Shown here: piece by piece, positions 10,415-23,983 of the stretch
How the letters are laid out: the number at the start of each line of letters is the position of its first letter
How positions within the stretch are numbered: position 1 is the first letter of the stretch
Source of the DNA: Balanoglossus misakiensis
Taxonomy: Eukaryota > Animalia > Hemichordata
Assembly: GCA_040954595.2 (NCBI GenBank)
Contig: CM082577.2
Coordinates: 11,689,654-11,753,653, forward strand
Direction: 5' to 3'
Length of the DNA: 64,000 nt
Made by a program: the position numbers and the translations under genes
Notes under the pieces: generated by a model
Databases searched by the model: none
What the model was told of the DNA's origin: nothing
Seen by the model: the letters and a program-made list of their open reading frames with translations, nothing else

Positions 10415-13400
10415 ATGGCGAGTTGGTGCAGAGCTAAAAGAGCGCTCCCAGTGACAGGTAGGCGATGGGCTGATCAGATCAGTCTGTGGTCCAAAATACA
10501 GTCTGTCTGGGTGTACATGTGACCTGCAGGTGTACTCCCGGGTATACTACGGTCGTCTTTGGTCTCGTCACTGTCTACTTTGATCTAGTTCATAACTTTG
10601 TGGAGGACCAGTGTTTATATTTGTAGCATTTTCGTAGGAGGTGACAACTGTTGTCAACTGTGAGTGAACATGTATTCTCTCATCCTGTCAGTTGTATATA
10701 AATGTATCACATTCACAGACCCTCTGAGGGACTGAGTCTGTGGATGTATCTCTGCTTTACAAACAAATGGTTTGTTCCAGGCGAACAGATTTACAAAAGC
10801 TAGTATTGTAAATGTTTTTTCATGATCAAGTTTGCCAATTGGAAGAAAAAAAATCGGAAAAATGCCAGGGTTCAATGGTGAAGTGAAATTATATGTATGA
10901 AAGGAATATAATTTTGAAGACAAAATCAAACTTCCATATAATGTTTTATTGACAGGGTGGTTGTATTGTGGTCTATCACATGGAGGAAGACCATCTGTAC
11001 CGATTGCTGCAAGACAAGCATCCAGAACCTTATCGACAGACTTTCTTTCTGTTGAGAGTGATCCAGAGAATAAAGGTGAGTCTGATAACCAGTTCCTCAC
11101 TAAGGAATTCTTAATGTGATGATATCCACCAAGTTTTGATATCAAAGATTTGCAGTGATTATATCCATAATATGATACTAATTTGGAAGACACTGATTTG
11201 ATCTTGCACTCTCGATCTCACACTCCCAGTGGCCAGGAGTGTGGGAAATTTCCATCCTATAAAAATACTCAAAACACTTTGTATATTACAAAAATGTTGT
11301 ATTAAAATCAGAAAAGTTCCGTAAAATATCTGTGACTATTTCAGACGTTGCAGTTATGAAGATGAACCGGAAACCAGTGAATGGCTTGAACAAACAACTG
11401 TTGACTGATTTAAATTTGACGCTGGAAAAATTGGAGAAGAGTTACAGAGGCGTTATATTGACATCGGTAAGTGTATCTTCCTTGAGTTCCATGATATCAG
11501 TGATACACAATATTGGAATGGTACTTTTGTGATTCTCCAGAGGTTTCACCTGGGACAGTAATAGAATCTTTCTCTCCCAAAGACTTGGTTTCATATTTCT
11601 CACACGAGTTGGAGATTTTCTGACCCACATGAGCTGCAGGCAAGTGAGGGACAAAATAGCCCCCGAAGAGTGTGAGAAATCTGATCACTGAAATTGCATT
11701 TTTCACAAGACCACAAATTAGCCATATTTGCATGCAAGGTATACATGTAGCAATTAAATATGGTGCCGAAAATTTCTGACACTCAGGTAGTCAAGGGGTT
11801 AATTTAGTAATATACATATTTTCGTGCGATGTCATATAACTCAAAACAAAATAAAATATCCACCCTCACTTCTGGCCAAAATGAGGATCCATTTCCTCCC
11901 AGTTTTGTACTGAATGAATCAGTCATGTTTGGACACCGGTGACCCGATTGCCTCAGAAGTCACAGTGTGCCCCAACATAACTGCAGTCTTTCACACTACT
12001 AGTGGTTACAACTAGAGAATTTCTTCAGCAACCTTCATGAAAGTTGGACATGCATTTTCTGTTTGTTAATTTGCAGAATGTCAGTAACATTTTCTCGGCT
12101 GGACTTGACATCACCGAGTTCTTTCAGAAGACACCGGAAGAAACAGACCAGTTTTGGAGTGCGCTCCAAACAGCGTGGCTGAGACTCTATGGATCTCCTC
12201 TGGTTACCATAGCAGCAATTAATGTATGTAGATATTAAAGCCCCTATAGCTGCCAAATTTCACATATTTTTCCCATAGTAAAATAATTCAAATATATTCC
12301 TTATCCTCTAAAATCCTCACCATTAAGCCATATTACTTGCATTTGCATCACTCTGTCATCTCTTGGCGACGCATACCACGATAGCTGTGTACTATTTGTA
12401 TGGAGGCTGATTAAATCAGTGTGGCACCTGTTTAATACATAGCGTGTTTAATACCCCTCGAAGAAAAGTTTGATTCTCTATGACCAATAAGGTTAGGTGA
12501 CAAGTTGCTAAATTTTAGCCCCCCCCCCCAAAAAAAAAATGTGGACGTGCTTTAAAATGAGGCTTATACCTTACTTTGGACATTTGCATAATTTGATGGC
12601 AATGTTATCATATCATAATTTTCAGGGTCATAGTCCAGCTGGTGGTTGTCTGCTCGCAATGTCATGTGATTACAGAATTATGGCCTTAGGAAAGTATGCA
12701 ATCGGGCTCAATGAAACACTGCTGGTAAGTCATGACACTTTCATAATTATTCTATTTATTCTCTAAAATTATTTTCTCTTTTTTAAAACATTGTTTCATG
12801 TGATTGTGTGTGTTAGTGTGTGTGTGTGCACATATGTGTGTGACTGTGTGTAGGACTTTGGTTGCTGAAAAGTCAAGCAATAAATATTGTTGAGCAGCAT
12901 TTATTATTTGACCCCCGCCACTCTTGTGATCTGCTCTCTTGACAGGGAATTGTTGCACCGTTTTGGTTTATTGATGTGATGAAGAATACAGTGGGCCACA
13001 GGGAAGCTGAGAAAGCTCTACAGCTTGGCAAACTTTACACCAGTGAAGAAGCCCTGGAAATTGGTTTAGTGGATGAGCTGTGTGACAAAGATGAAGTTGT
13101 AGCTCAAGCCAAAGCTGAAATGAGCAAATGGCTCAAAATACCAGGTAGAGTCACGCCCATAGTACTTTGTACATCATGAAACTACTGATGATTATGATTA
13201 CTAATTACCGGGATTTTGTTCAATGCCTTTGTAGTGTCCTCTTCATAAATGCACTGTTACAGGGATGTAAACTAAAAGTACATGTACCAGTATTGTGAAT
13301 TCATCCTTCATAGAGTAATATGCATAGTTTATTGTACACATTAGAGTTGGTGACAATTTTGGCGTGTTTTTGATCAATCAAAATTGAGATCGTAGCTCCA

Positions 13401-13926
13401 GTCTGAGTGTACTACGGTACATCAATTCCAATAGTGGGTTTTGAATACTCAAATAGCTTCTGTGAAAAGAAGTCAGCAGAAGTTCCTTTGTGGAGTATCA
13501 GAGGGAGAGAGAAGGGACCTCTCATAGTGAAGGTTCGATTCCTAGCATAGGTCTTGTCGTTTTTATCTAGTGAAAACAAAGTTTGTATCATAGAAATCAA
13601 AGTTCACTCAAACTTAGATCAGGGCTTAGGCTAAGACATGATGGAGAGTCCATAAAGTCTTGTTTGAGCTGAATTTGCTTTTTAACTTTATTCAACAATT
13701 CTCCAGATCTCCCAGAATGATGACTTTATTATATCTCTTTTTGATATTTTCTATTTCAGATCATGCAAGAATCCTTACAAAGCAGGAATTGAGGAAAGAC
13801 GTGATCAAAAGACTAGTTTCACAGAAGAAAGAAGACGTCTATAATTTCACCTCATTTGTTCAGCAAGACTCCATACAAAAGTCATTGCGAATGTATCTGG
13901 AAAGTTTGAAGAAAAAATCCAAATAA
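10415..13926 (+). CDS. ECI1: Enoyl-CoA delta isomerase 1, mitochondrial-like, paralogue B (7 exons, 298 aa)
   Basis: Exons 10415-10457, 10956-11075, 11345-11466, 12077-12223, 12626-12724, 12946-13144, 13760-13926. Exon sizes are identical to paralogue A, the same motifs are present, and 19 aa differ from A by hand count. Confidence 0.95.
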
Positions 13927-15156
13927 ATCAAAAGAAAAAATAGCCAAACATTTGTATTTCTCAATCTGTTGTATATGTACATGCTGATAATTTGACAATT
14001 AAATTTATTGTTAATACATTGACAAAAAGTGCTCGTGAACTCTTGGTTGTGTTTCGAAGACTTTCAAGTATCTCTGAGATTTCACCAAAACAACAACTTG
14101 GTTTGTATACGTTTCCTTAGCCAAGCTGAGTTAGGGCATTTCTACTCAAAGCACACTGTTACCACAGTCTACTGGATTTGAAATCAGATACACCAACATG
14201 CACTGTATCCTAGCTGTCAGTGTCATCATTAGACAATACTAACTATACTGTCAGGGTTAAAGCCTCCTCCCTGTTATGACACTTGAATCATACATACACA
14301 TGATAATGGATCTAACCGACTAATGATATTAACGAGACAATATTACGAAGTCTTTTCACACTGGAGGTTTTAATTGGTGATGGACAAATCCCATCCAATT
14401 CACTCTAAGGGTACAGAAGGTCAAGCAATGCTACATTGTAGCTCTTAGTGTTAAGACATGATTGGAAAGAAGCCATCACACATCAGTTACATCAAAAACA
14501 TGCAACCAAATTAACTAACAGATTAACTGAAATAAAAACTGAATTCATAAACAGACACAGAATTTGACAATGACTGGTATTGCTAAAAACATCCCTGCAG
14601 CCTTCAATGTCACTGATAAAAAAAGGCAATTGTATTCAAATATGCGATATTACACCAAAGTTCCCAAATTGGAAGTTTCTTCTATAACCACAGTTATTTG
14701 TAATAAGCAGGGTCAAAGCAAGTCGTGACAATACCAAATCAGTATTTTTGTGTGTGCAAATTCTTTCAATGAAAAAAAAGTTAAAGTATAAAGATTCATT
14801 GACATGGAAGATTTGACAAAAAATATTAGCAGAATTTTTCTAGTTTATAGAATTTTTCGGTTCTGACTTCCACATTGGTTTCACCTCAGCTGGCCAATTA
14901 AGGTATGTTCGTTTCAAGCAGAAGGACCTCCCTGAAAACCTGGCCAGGAAAATTGTACTCAGGATGAGCCAGCCAAGCTGTGTGGACCGACAATGCACTG
15001 GGCTGGGAAAAATTATAAGGTATAAGGTAGTACGCAGCCAAATTAGAAAACAAAGATAAACTATAGTAAAGTCATCGTGTCAGTGGTCATAGTACAAAGG
15101 TGACATTGCTATTTGTATCGCATGGAAGTTGGCAAGATCACAAAGCGGCAGAACCA

Positions 15157-15307
15157 CAGTCGAATGTGGGCTTCAGTTCACCCAGGGCCTATGCTATGGG
15201 CCATCCGTGTATATACACAAAGTGAAGATAGCTTTACTTTAGGCATGTTCAGGTCACGGCCCACTCATGGCATAGGCGATGGGTGAGCTGGAGCTCACAT
15301 GCGACTG
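15157..15307. repeat. Degenerate fold-back (old MITE-like) element between ECI1-B and ECI1-C
   Basis: cagtcgaatgtgggcttcagttcaccc...gcctatgc pairs imperfectly with gcataggc...gggtgagctggagctcacatgcgactg. Confidence 0.55.
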
Positions 15308-16132
15308 GGGCCAAAGCCCATATATCTGAGTTGCTGCATGGTTGACCTGTCTACATGGGTTGTGTGAATAAAGCACCAGTCTATTAATATATTAGAAATC
15401 AAAGGGTTTAATTTTGCTTTCATGATTTTGCTTGATGCCTTGAAGCACACACAGTTGACCAATTGGAAGACTGGCTCACCTGTACAAAAGTATTAAACAC
15501 TTTTATTGGGACTGACATTTTGATCAAACCCATCTTGCCAAATGCCACTTTTTCTCACATTTTGGATTCAGTTTAAAATGATAGTGGAAACACTGCATTG
15601 GAATCGCTTTTATAAATACTGATATTATTAGAAGGTCCTTGAAATTTTGATATATGTATTTATAAACAAATACACACTTTTGCAATGACTTCCTTATGTA
15701 AATATATAGTTCTTTTTGACCAAACGTGGAATTATCCTCAATGTGTGTGTAAAATAAGGACTATGGTTATACATGTATTCAATACTGCATTGATGGCAAG
15801 ATCATGGTAGTACTGTTTAGGCTGTTTAGGCCATACACATGGATCTCAGCAATTTATTTGTATAAGTTCTGAAATTCAAATTTGCTTCCCCATTTGTTAG
15901 AAAGACTAAGGCAGATAAAACGATTATCAAGTTACCAAAAGATGTTCAGTGCAAATGTACCTATCTATCTGTGTTTACGTTAAACATATTTTGTATCCAA
16001 TACTTCAAAAAAGTCCAAATACAAATCTTGCAAACTCTGATATGATTTGGACCCTCTCATGCCAAAACCCGCATAAAATAGGGCTAAATTTGCATATTTT
16101 GCTCGAACTCGTGTAGACTGAAAGGGCAAAAT

Positions 16133-19100
16133 TTATCTTGGCTTTCTCTTAATCTTGGCCAGATATGTGCCGATCGTGTTTTGTGCAGTGGAATCTTGGA
16201 CCATGGAAGTGAATGTGTTGGCATCTTCTTTTCTGTTGGAAACCAGTTTGTTGATGAGGTCTTTCCTCAGTTCTTGCTTTGTGAGAATTCTGGCATGGTC
16301 TGAAAAACAAGTCAATTGCAAAATTAAATGATCATACTATAAAATGCATATATTAAAGGGACAAAGTCTCTCTGTCGCTGCCCTTTTTGCATTATGTTTG
16401 ATACAAGACACTTTATGTTATCCATTTGTCGGATATGAGAGTAAAAATCTCGCCAAAATAAATAAACGGTAGAGACCGATTATTCATTTTAGGTGAATTT
16501 TTCACTCTCGTGTCGACAAGTGGGATGGAAGTTGTGTGTGGTCGAACATTGATTCACTATATATCCACATGTAGAATAACATAAACGGTGTCTTGTATCA
16601 AACAGAATTTAATATGGAAAAAGGGCAGAAAGAGAGAGACTTTGTCCCTTTAAGTAGACATGCTTGTACTTTATGACTGATTCTAGATTCTGTAACTTGA
16701 CCACAGCACTTTTTTGAAAAGAAAAACACCCACATAAATCAATTTTACACAAGGTTAGATCGACATCACTGGTACCTGGTATTTTCAGCCATCTGTGAAT
16801 CTCAGTTTTGGATCTATTCAGAAGTTTATCCGGCTCGCACAGCTCATCCACTAAACCGATCTCCAAAGCTTCACTGCAGGTGAAACGTCTGCCCAGCTGT
16901 ATGCTCTTCTCTGCTTGTCTGTGTCCCACAATGTTCTTAAAGGAATCAATGACCCAGAATGGAGGGCAAATTCCCTGTAAGGAAGGTATTGATACGATAT
17001 GAGCAGGGTGTTTGTCATCAGTGTTTAGGTTCCAGTTAAAGGGAAGGAGTCGTCGCACCGAGTGGGTGTCCCCCCCCCCCTGATGAGAATATGTCCTCCC
17101 ATACCAGCGCAAACCCCACTGCAGTAGCCACGACCTACTTGGATTTTCAGTTGCTGTCATGCCCTGTCTACGCTACGGTTGGCTGCTTCGTTCATTCTAA
17201 GAATTTATATCTAATTTCAATTTACATTAACAATTTACTTTTACTCAGAAACTGCTGATCATTTAGCTTTGATTTTCCCCGGCGAAGATGTATTAGATAT
17301 GATTAAACTGTGATAAAAAATTTGCCTGCTTGCTTTTAAATTTGGCCCCTGTAGACAAACAGATGAACCCGATAAAACTGTGGTACAATCTGCAATCTTG
17401 TGTTTTTCTGAATTTTTTACTATTATTGGTTGAAATATCTTGAAAACTACTTATATGATTGCTTTGGAATCTGCATCTTGTACACACTATGATCGAATCT
17501 GCCACATTTAACTTTCCACAATCAATGTACAAAAACTTGTCACCTACCACAATAGATTCGTTGAGTCCGATGGTAAACTTTCCTGTGGCCATAATTCTGT
17601 AGTCACATGATTGCGCAAGCACACAACCACCAGCTGGACCATGACCCTGGAAATAATGATTTTTGGAAAAAAATTATAAACTTATGAATATGGGTACTTG
17701 CATGTCACAATGTTGAGAATGTTCAGAATATCTTCCTGAACAGGTAGCTACCTGATTTTTGAAGGACAGATTTCTTTGAAATTTTGGCCAATTTTCAGCC
17801 GAAGATCAAAATAACTGCTCCACATCACAATATTATGTTAACAATTCTCCAGGGCAAACAGTGTACAATCCATGGACTAAATGCCTTGGGTGCAAAATTG
17901 TGGCATTTAAAGGTATACAGTCACCTCAAATTTACATACGTCCATATATGGCTGTACTGCCACCCACTGAAAATCTGTGATTGCCTAGATAGATCTCAAT
18001 TTGCCATGGTAACTATAGCTAATTTTCCACATGTGACCGTATACCTTTAAACCGAATGTGGATCTCCATGTTAGATATTTCACAAGATACATCACTGATC
18101 GTTACAAAACAAGGACAATTTTTGTGAAAGAGAACTGACAGCTAACCATGGCAACTACTGTTACATACGTACATTAACTGCTGCTATGGTAACTAGGGGT
18201 GATCCATAAAGTCTTAACCACATTGCTTGGAATGTACTCCAATACTCATTGACTTCTTCTGATCTCCTCTGATAGAATTCAGTCACGTCTAGACCCGCAG
18301 AGAAAATGTTTTTAATACTCTGCGAAGAAATAAAAAAAAAGACTCTTCTTGAGTTTATATGTAATTTTTATCAGTAACATCATGACTGACAAATTCGAGG
18401 AGGGCGATGCGCGGCGCAAATGTCCGAGTGCATACTTTGCGGTATTTTCGTAATAACCTTATTATTTATACATCTTACATCTTCGTTAGTTTTTTTGCAT
18501 TTCGTATTACACTTAGCTTTCAAAATGCTGGTAGGATTGATCGTAACTGCTCAGCTGAAACACAGTACGCAGTGAGCAGCCATCTTTCTTTTTTGTTTAC
18601 ACTGGAGGGGGTCTTGAAACCGTCCGCATTGAAAGTGCATACCTTTACATGGTGAGCCTTTAAACTGTCAGCGTATGGAACGCATGTTATGTACCATTCC
18701 GTACGGCGCTTTTAGCTACACAATTTTTGTAACCCGAGTCTCTGGCTTGGCACATGGGCATGTGACAATCATCACCCTTCAATTGATGTCCTGGCACAAT
18801 CACAGGCATTGGTACCTCGTGAAGTAAAACTGTCAAATGTGAGCTTGCTAGCTTGGCCGCTAAAAAGTGAAATCACTAGTGAACACAACAAAGATAAACT
18901 CACTGATGTCAATATAACACCTCTGCAAGTCTTCTCCAATTTTTCCAGCGTCTCAGTAAGCTCAGTCAAGAGTTGCGTGTTCAAGCTGTTCACTGGTCTC
19001 CGGTTCATCTCTACGATAGCAACATCTGCCAAAAAAGTAAATAAAAGTAACTACCGGTACAGGTAAGTAATCAGTCATGTCAAACATACACAAATCACTG

Positions 19101-20140
19101 AGTATTAAAGTACCTGTCTAAGACTTCTCGACGTATTTGTAAGATACAACTCTCTCAGTCTGCATACATCAAAGGATGAGTTAAGGTGGGGGGGGGGGGA
19201 ATTAGCACAATTATATTTCAAATCAAATTTCATGACCGTGATAAGATATTGGCAGAAATTTGACAAATCTTTGATGCAGAGTTCAAACCAGCAAGTGTCT
19301 ATTCCAGACACTGACAGAGGATCATAAGAAAGTAACTTGTGTCACCTGTGTCCTCTGGATCTCTCCTAACAGAAACAAAGTCTGTTGAAATGGTTCTGGA
19401 TGCTTGTCTTGCAGCAGTCAGTACAGATGGTCTTCCTCTGTGTGATAGACCACAATACAACCAACCTGTCAATCAAACATCATGAAATATTTACTAGACA
19501 GGTAGACTCACAGACTGACACGAATAATCTGATTGTCTTTGAGTTACATGCATACATGCAGTGTATATTAACCTCACGACATTGTATCCCAGTTACAAGG
19601 CTCTTTAGAGGTCGAACTTTACCATATGAAACAATATGGGTTTGGACTTAACCATGGTGGTGAAAGGGTTATTAACGCATCTATCACAGTCACAGCTAAA
19701 ACTGATAACTGGGGTTGGGATGGGGACATGGGGTGGAGGTCGTTTATAGTAGTTGGGTCACCTGCATGGCACTGGGCTGTACGAAAACATGGTGAGAGCT
19801 ACAAGGCCACTGGCTGGTGATAATCACAACATTGCAACTGAGTTTGACAATTTTGATGAAAGTTTCAAAACATTCCAGGTGACACTTGCTTCCCAACTCC
19901 CCCACTTCTATCAGGTCACTCTACTCACAGGCCCTGGAATCAATGTTGCGTAACCTGGGTGATACAACCAGCAAATAGGGTTAGGGTTATGTACAGTACT
20001 GTTTGTATCATTCAGTTTACGCAGCATTTACATGATGTAGCCTATTGTAGGCCTATAGTATAGGCTATACGCGTAGGATGCGTCGACCGCTTACCTGCAG
20101 TGGTTTCAAGTACTTTCCTAGTTCTGCACAAAGACGCCAT
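16133..20140 (-). CDS. ECI1: Enoyl-CoA delta isomerase 1, mitochondrial-like, paralogue C (7 exons, 299 aa)
   Basis: Exons 20140-20095, 19465-19346, 19025-18904, 18319-18173, 17646-17548, 16974-16776, 16299-16133. Introns are GT-AG and the exons join to 900 nt in frame. Motifs: FSAGLD, AAVNGHGPAGGC, IGLNESIVGICPPFW, IPDHARILTK. Confidence 0.93.
16357..16649. mobile_element. 293-bp MITE with TTAA TSD (Kolobok-like) in intron 6 of ECI1-C
   Basis: TTAA|agggacaaagtctctct ... agagagactttgtccct|TTAA with a long imperfect TIR. A second copy lies at 47933. Confidence 0.9.
17911..18046. mobile_element. 136-bp MITE with TTAA TSD (Kolobok-like) in intron 4 of ECI1-C
   Basis: TTAA|aggtatacagtcac ... 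gtgaccgtatacct|TTAA (13/14 TIR match). Confidence 0.85.
19572..19668. mobile_element. Degenerate copy of an about 90-bp piggyBac-like MITE
   Basis: Reverse-complement similarity to 43502-43587 and 37924-37999; ends gtgaaaggg-tt. Confidence 0.5.
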
Positions 20141-20251
20141 GGCCTAAACTGACAAACGGAACGCGGTTAACGCAGAATTACACGAAACGGGTGGTGACAT
20201 AAATGGATCACAACCGCTCGTCACGTCAACAGACAACTGCAGGACACTGCA

Positions 20252-20297
20252 AGGTCATTCCCCAGGAAGGCCAGCAATATAAGGTCACGCCAGGTCA
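20252..20297 (-). promoter_or_regulatory. Nuclear-receptor half-site cluster upstream of ECI1-C
   Basis: AGGTCA at 20252 (context CAAGGTCA) and a perfect DR4 AGGTCAcgccAGGTCA at 20282-20297, about 110-160 nt before the ATG. Motif match only. Confidence 0.45.
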
Positions 20298-22532
20298 CAC
20301 GACGCCCTCAAGCGGCAAACGTGGAAGTTTAGCTGTGGCACAAATACAGGAATTTCTTTGTTTCATTTTCTCTACAAAACCATAAAGAGAAACTAAGTCC
20401 ATTGTAATAATTGCAAAGAAGTTGATGGAATACCATGTATACACGCAACAGTACATAGTCAGCCTCTCAAGAAAAAATCAAGAAGCTTTCTTGAAAAATT
20501 AATTTAGTCAGTAATCTTATCTCGCTCAGGGGACAACTCAAAATTTAGAGAATATTGTTATTTTCAGTTATGATGATGGTGGTGGTGATGATGATGATGA
20601 TGATGATGAATATTCTTTTTAAAAACAATGTGTCACGCTATAATCATGACATAACAAACCCAGATCGCCCATTGTCACACCCGTCTTATACAAAGTTGGG
20701 CAAGATTTCTAAGTTCCCTATGCGACGACGATGATGATGAGGATGATGACGTGTGTAGTTTACAGCTGTACCATACTAATCTGTTGCGAAAATAGAAATA
20801 CTGACAAATCAACTGTAATAAGGGTCGCTCTCGTGACAGGAAATTGGACACCGCCGGAAATGGCTTCGCAGTTTGTAACTGAAGAACCCATGTAAAAATT
20901 TCACTTGTTTTCAACGCGTTACCATGGTGTTACCTCCGGATGTCAAGTCAATTTGATCAAAATCAGATGTTGAGTTGGCACCGTTTTTACCGTTGGCGAT
21001 TGATGGCCGGAATTTTGGTTGTTCAGTTCTCTCTGTTTTGCTCCGCTCAAGTATACGTAGTGAGTGTGGCTACTCAAAATTTAAACTATTGCTATTTTAC
21101 TACTTGAGCATGCTGTACACCAATTAATCCGATAAAAAACATAATTCGACATCAATCCTTAGCTATTTCTTATTACAACACCAATATGGGGCCGGGGTAA
21201 AATACTGACTCTGGCGATGTAATAAACCGGCTACAATTATGTCAGAAATAGCTGCACTACGGTGGTCGGACCACTACATCACGTTTCCATCATTTCTCTG
21301 GCTAAATTTTCTCTTTCGGCATCTTTTGTGAAAATTTAACACTTTGGAGAAGATAAGGTAATCCAATGAACGCATGTAGCTGTTGCCGTGAAAGCCCCTT
21401 TAGTCACGACGATGCCGCGATAGCGTCAGTTTTTAGACTCGCCAACAATCGTTATAGACTCACCAACAATCGTGAAAACTGGCGACGCTGAAAGCCTGCT
21501 ACTTGTCTTTGAAAAACTGTACGCTCCTCGGAGACATTAAAATCTTAAGGGAGCACTTAAAAAGGAAACAAGAAAACTGGGTTTATTCATAAAAATTACA
21601 ATTTTATTTTTCTCCATTAGTTTCTCCAATAGTTTGGCTCTCGCATTCGAAACGGCCAGTGAAACCCAATTTTTCCTTGAGCAAATATGAGAACTAGTTC
21701 AAACTGATTTTCGAGATACTTAAACTTCAAGTTGTACATGACAAATTCGAATTCCGGTCTGTGCATTATCTGAGTTTGACGGTTTGACACGTTTCATTGT
21801 CTTCCAAAACCCTTGTCCATGGGCTTTGTCTTTTCTGAATTGCAATTAAGTTTCCGTCCGATTGGTCGGGTTTGGATGCACTTGACCTGCTTGTGACAAT
21901 ATGGCAAGTTTTACAAAGACATTTTTTTGGAGATTTCCAAATGCGCTGCGCTACAAACTCTTTTTTATTTTATTCGTGATGCGGTTTGGGATTGCATGGG
22001 ACAGCTAACATTTTTGAACATTCATGTAGAGGCGGATTAAGAATTAAGATAGGCGCACCGGTAGATGTCAATAGGTGAGGCGGTATGCAGTAAAGACTGC
22101 AAGAGCTGATGTGAAAGGTGTGAAAAACTTCAAGTCAAGATGCGGGTTAGCCTATGCATGGGGTATTTGTGTGTATAAAACAAGATTTCACACATGCGCA
22201 TGCAACCGCGTGTGCTCAAAATGTTGTCAGAAAAAAAGTGCCGAAATGACACGGGAAGACAAGTTTAGGGGGATTTTTATTCTTAAATTTCCGTTTGGTT
22301 CCCTCTGCGGCTGATCCTACCGTTTCAAGTTCAAGGGTCCCCACAGACTCGGAATCTTCCCAAATCTTACCACCAGGGATTTATCATATTGCCCATCCGG
22401 GGCCCACCCTGGATCAATACAGCGTGTTGAAATTGTTATTTGGTCTAAAATATTTATTTCACAATAACAAATATATATGGAACAACAACTGCAAATTTTA
22501 ACAGATAACCGTTAAACCCCACTCAGTTGTAT

Positions 22533-22626
22533 AGATAGGCGGTGTCTTATCTTGCTCCATGGTTTATGGTCTTTACTGTTTGCGGCAGCAACGGAGACCA
22601 AACAAAGGTAAAGACGCCGCCTATCT
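22533..22626. repeat. Short inverted-repeat (MITE-like) element
   Basis: agataggcggtgtctt ... aagacgccgcctatct (15/16 inverted match). Confidence 0.55.
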
Positions 22627-23794
22627 CCAAAGCTGATTAACAGATTGCGTTATAACCATGAGCACCCCAAAGGTGGTACGCCCTTCGGGGACAGATTTTA
22701 GGACAAAAGGCTGTCTTCTAAGCCTTACTACGCAGAAGAAAAAGGAAGTTCACCGTCTTGTTTTCAGGAAAATCACTGCCTTATCTTTTCTTCATATAAA
22801 ACCTAGAGTTTAGAGTTTGGCGACAATTTCCAATTTAGCTCTCTCGTTCAAACTTTTGCACGGCGGTGGTCTTGTATATTTCATTCTCTGAATTTGAGGG
22901 GATGATGGAATCTAAATTTATCTTTAGCGAATAGGGGGCCTATGACAAGGTTTAAAACTGTTCGGGACTACGCGGCCTAAAAAGTGTGGTATAAAAGTTA
23001 CAATAAAATCTTATTTTCAGCGTACTCCTGTTTTTTAAACGTTATTTCGACCTTAAAATAAACGAGATACTAGCACGGTAAACCCAACAGGCTGCGCCAT
23101 TGCAAGTGGTGTTGTGACATGGAAGCTTCAAAAACAAAGAAGGTACGAAGAAGTTGAAGACAATGAATAACTGCAATCACCAACTTAATATTCTGTCGAT
23201 CCCTAAAAGCTTACACCTGATCTCTATATGTATATCTATTTAGTGGGAAATTGTTTCAATTCAGTAAATTGCTTGTAAATAAACGCATAGAATCGCTGTA
23301 CATGTATTTTGATGGCGAAGCAATCTACTATCTGCTTCGCAAATCAGGGATCGTTTGCAGTTACGTAACCGTTTCCATCTTTTAACAACTCGAACAAAGA
23401 AGATCTTGGCAAAAGAATCACGTGGCTCGGCCGCTAGAGGGATATTTGAATCCGCGAAGCGCGAGCCAAAATAAACGTACACATGCGCATCGGGAGTTTA
23501 TTGTTACAAGCGAAACCCGGAGAGTCAGTTCAATACGAGTCTGTGTATTACCCAGTGCAATTTATCAGTGAAAGCAGGCTTGTCATTGATAGAAATAGTC
23601 AAGAATTACTCCATTTATTTTAGATCAAGAGTCCGCTGTTTCTATCGATTTTTGGCGTGATTGAAGATCGTGGACGGCATTTTCAGGGAGCGATCAATAC
23701 ACAACTCGTGAGCGTGATTTCTTGTGTTCTGTTTCACATCACATCGGTTTTTGTGACTGCACTGCCCCTGTTGTTGTGATCGTGAATGAAGAAG

Positions 23795-23983
23795 ATGGCG
23801 ACGACGACTGAAGAGGCGGCGATAGTTGGACTTGATGGAGGGTTAGTGACCGAAAAGACACACGGCTGCATTATCGTGAAAAAGACAGAGGATCGCGCGT
23901 TAGAACCGATCGGTTCGAGGGAGAATATCGTGAATGGGCAGGACGAGACGGACAAGGGGGATGAACCGAAGAGAGACGAGAAG
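23795..23983 (+). CDS. Probable first coding exon of a large unidentified gene (MATTTEEAAIVGLDGG...DEPKRDEK, 63 codons)
   Basis: Start context aagATGG (an in-frame ATG also lies at 23786), an open hydrophilic frame, and donor AAG|gtaggt in phase 0, inside a CpG-rich patch (about 23.4-24.4 kb). Product not recognised. Confidence 0.7.

Noticed and set aside
10654-11193. 179-aa minus-strand ORF
   Set aside because: It is antisense to ECI1-B exon 2 and introns, has no recognisable domain, and is not preserved in paralogue A.
13527-13545. tRNA-like B box GGTTCGATTCC (degenerate homologue near 7922)
   Set aside because: No cloverleaf or A box can be built; at most a decayed SINE remnant shared by intron 6 of A and B.
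16609-17160. 183-aa minus-strand ORF
   Set aside because: Only 16974-16776 is ECI1-C exon 6; the rest is intron read-through.
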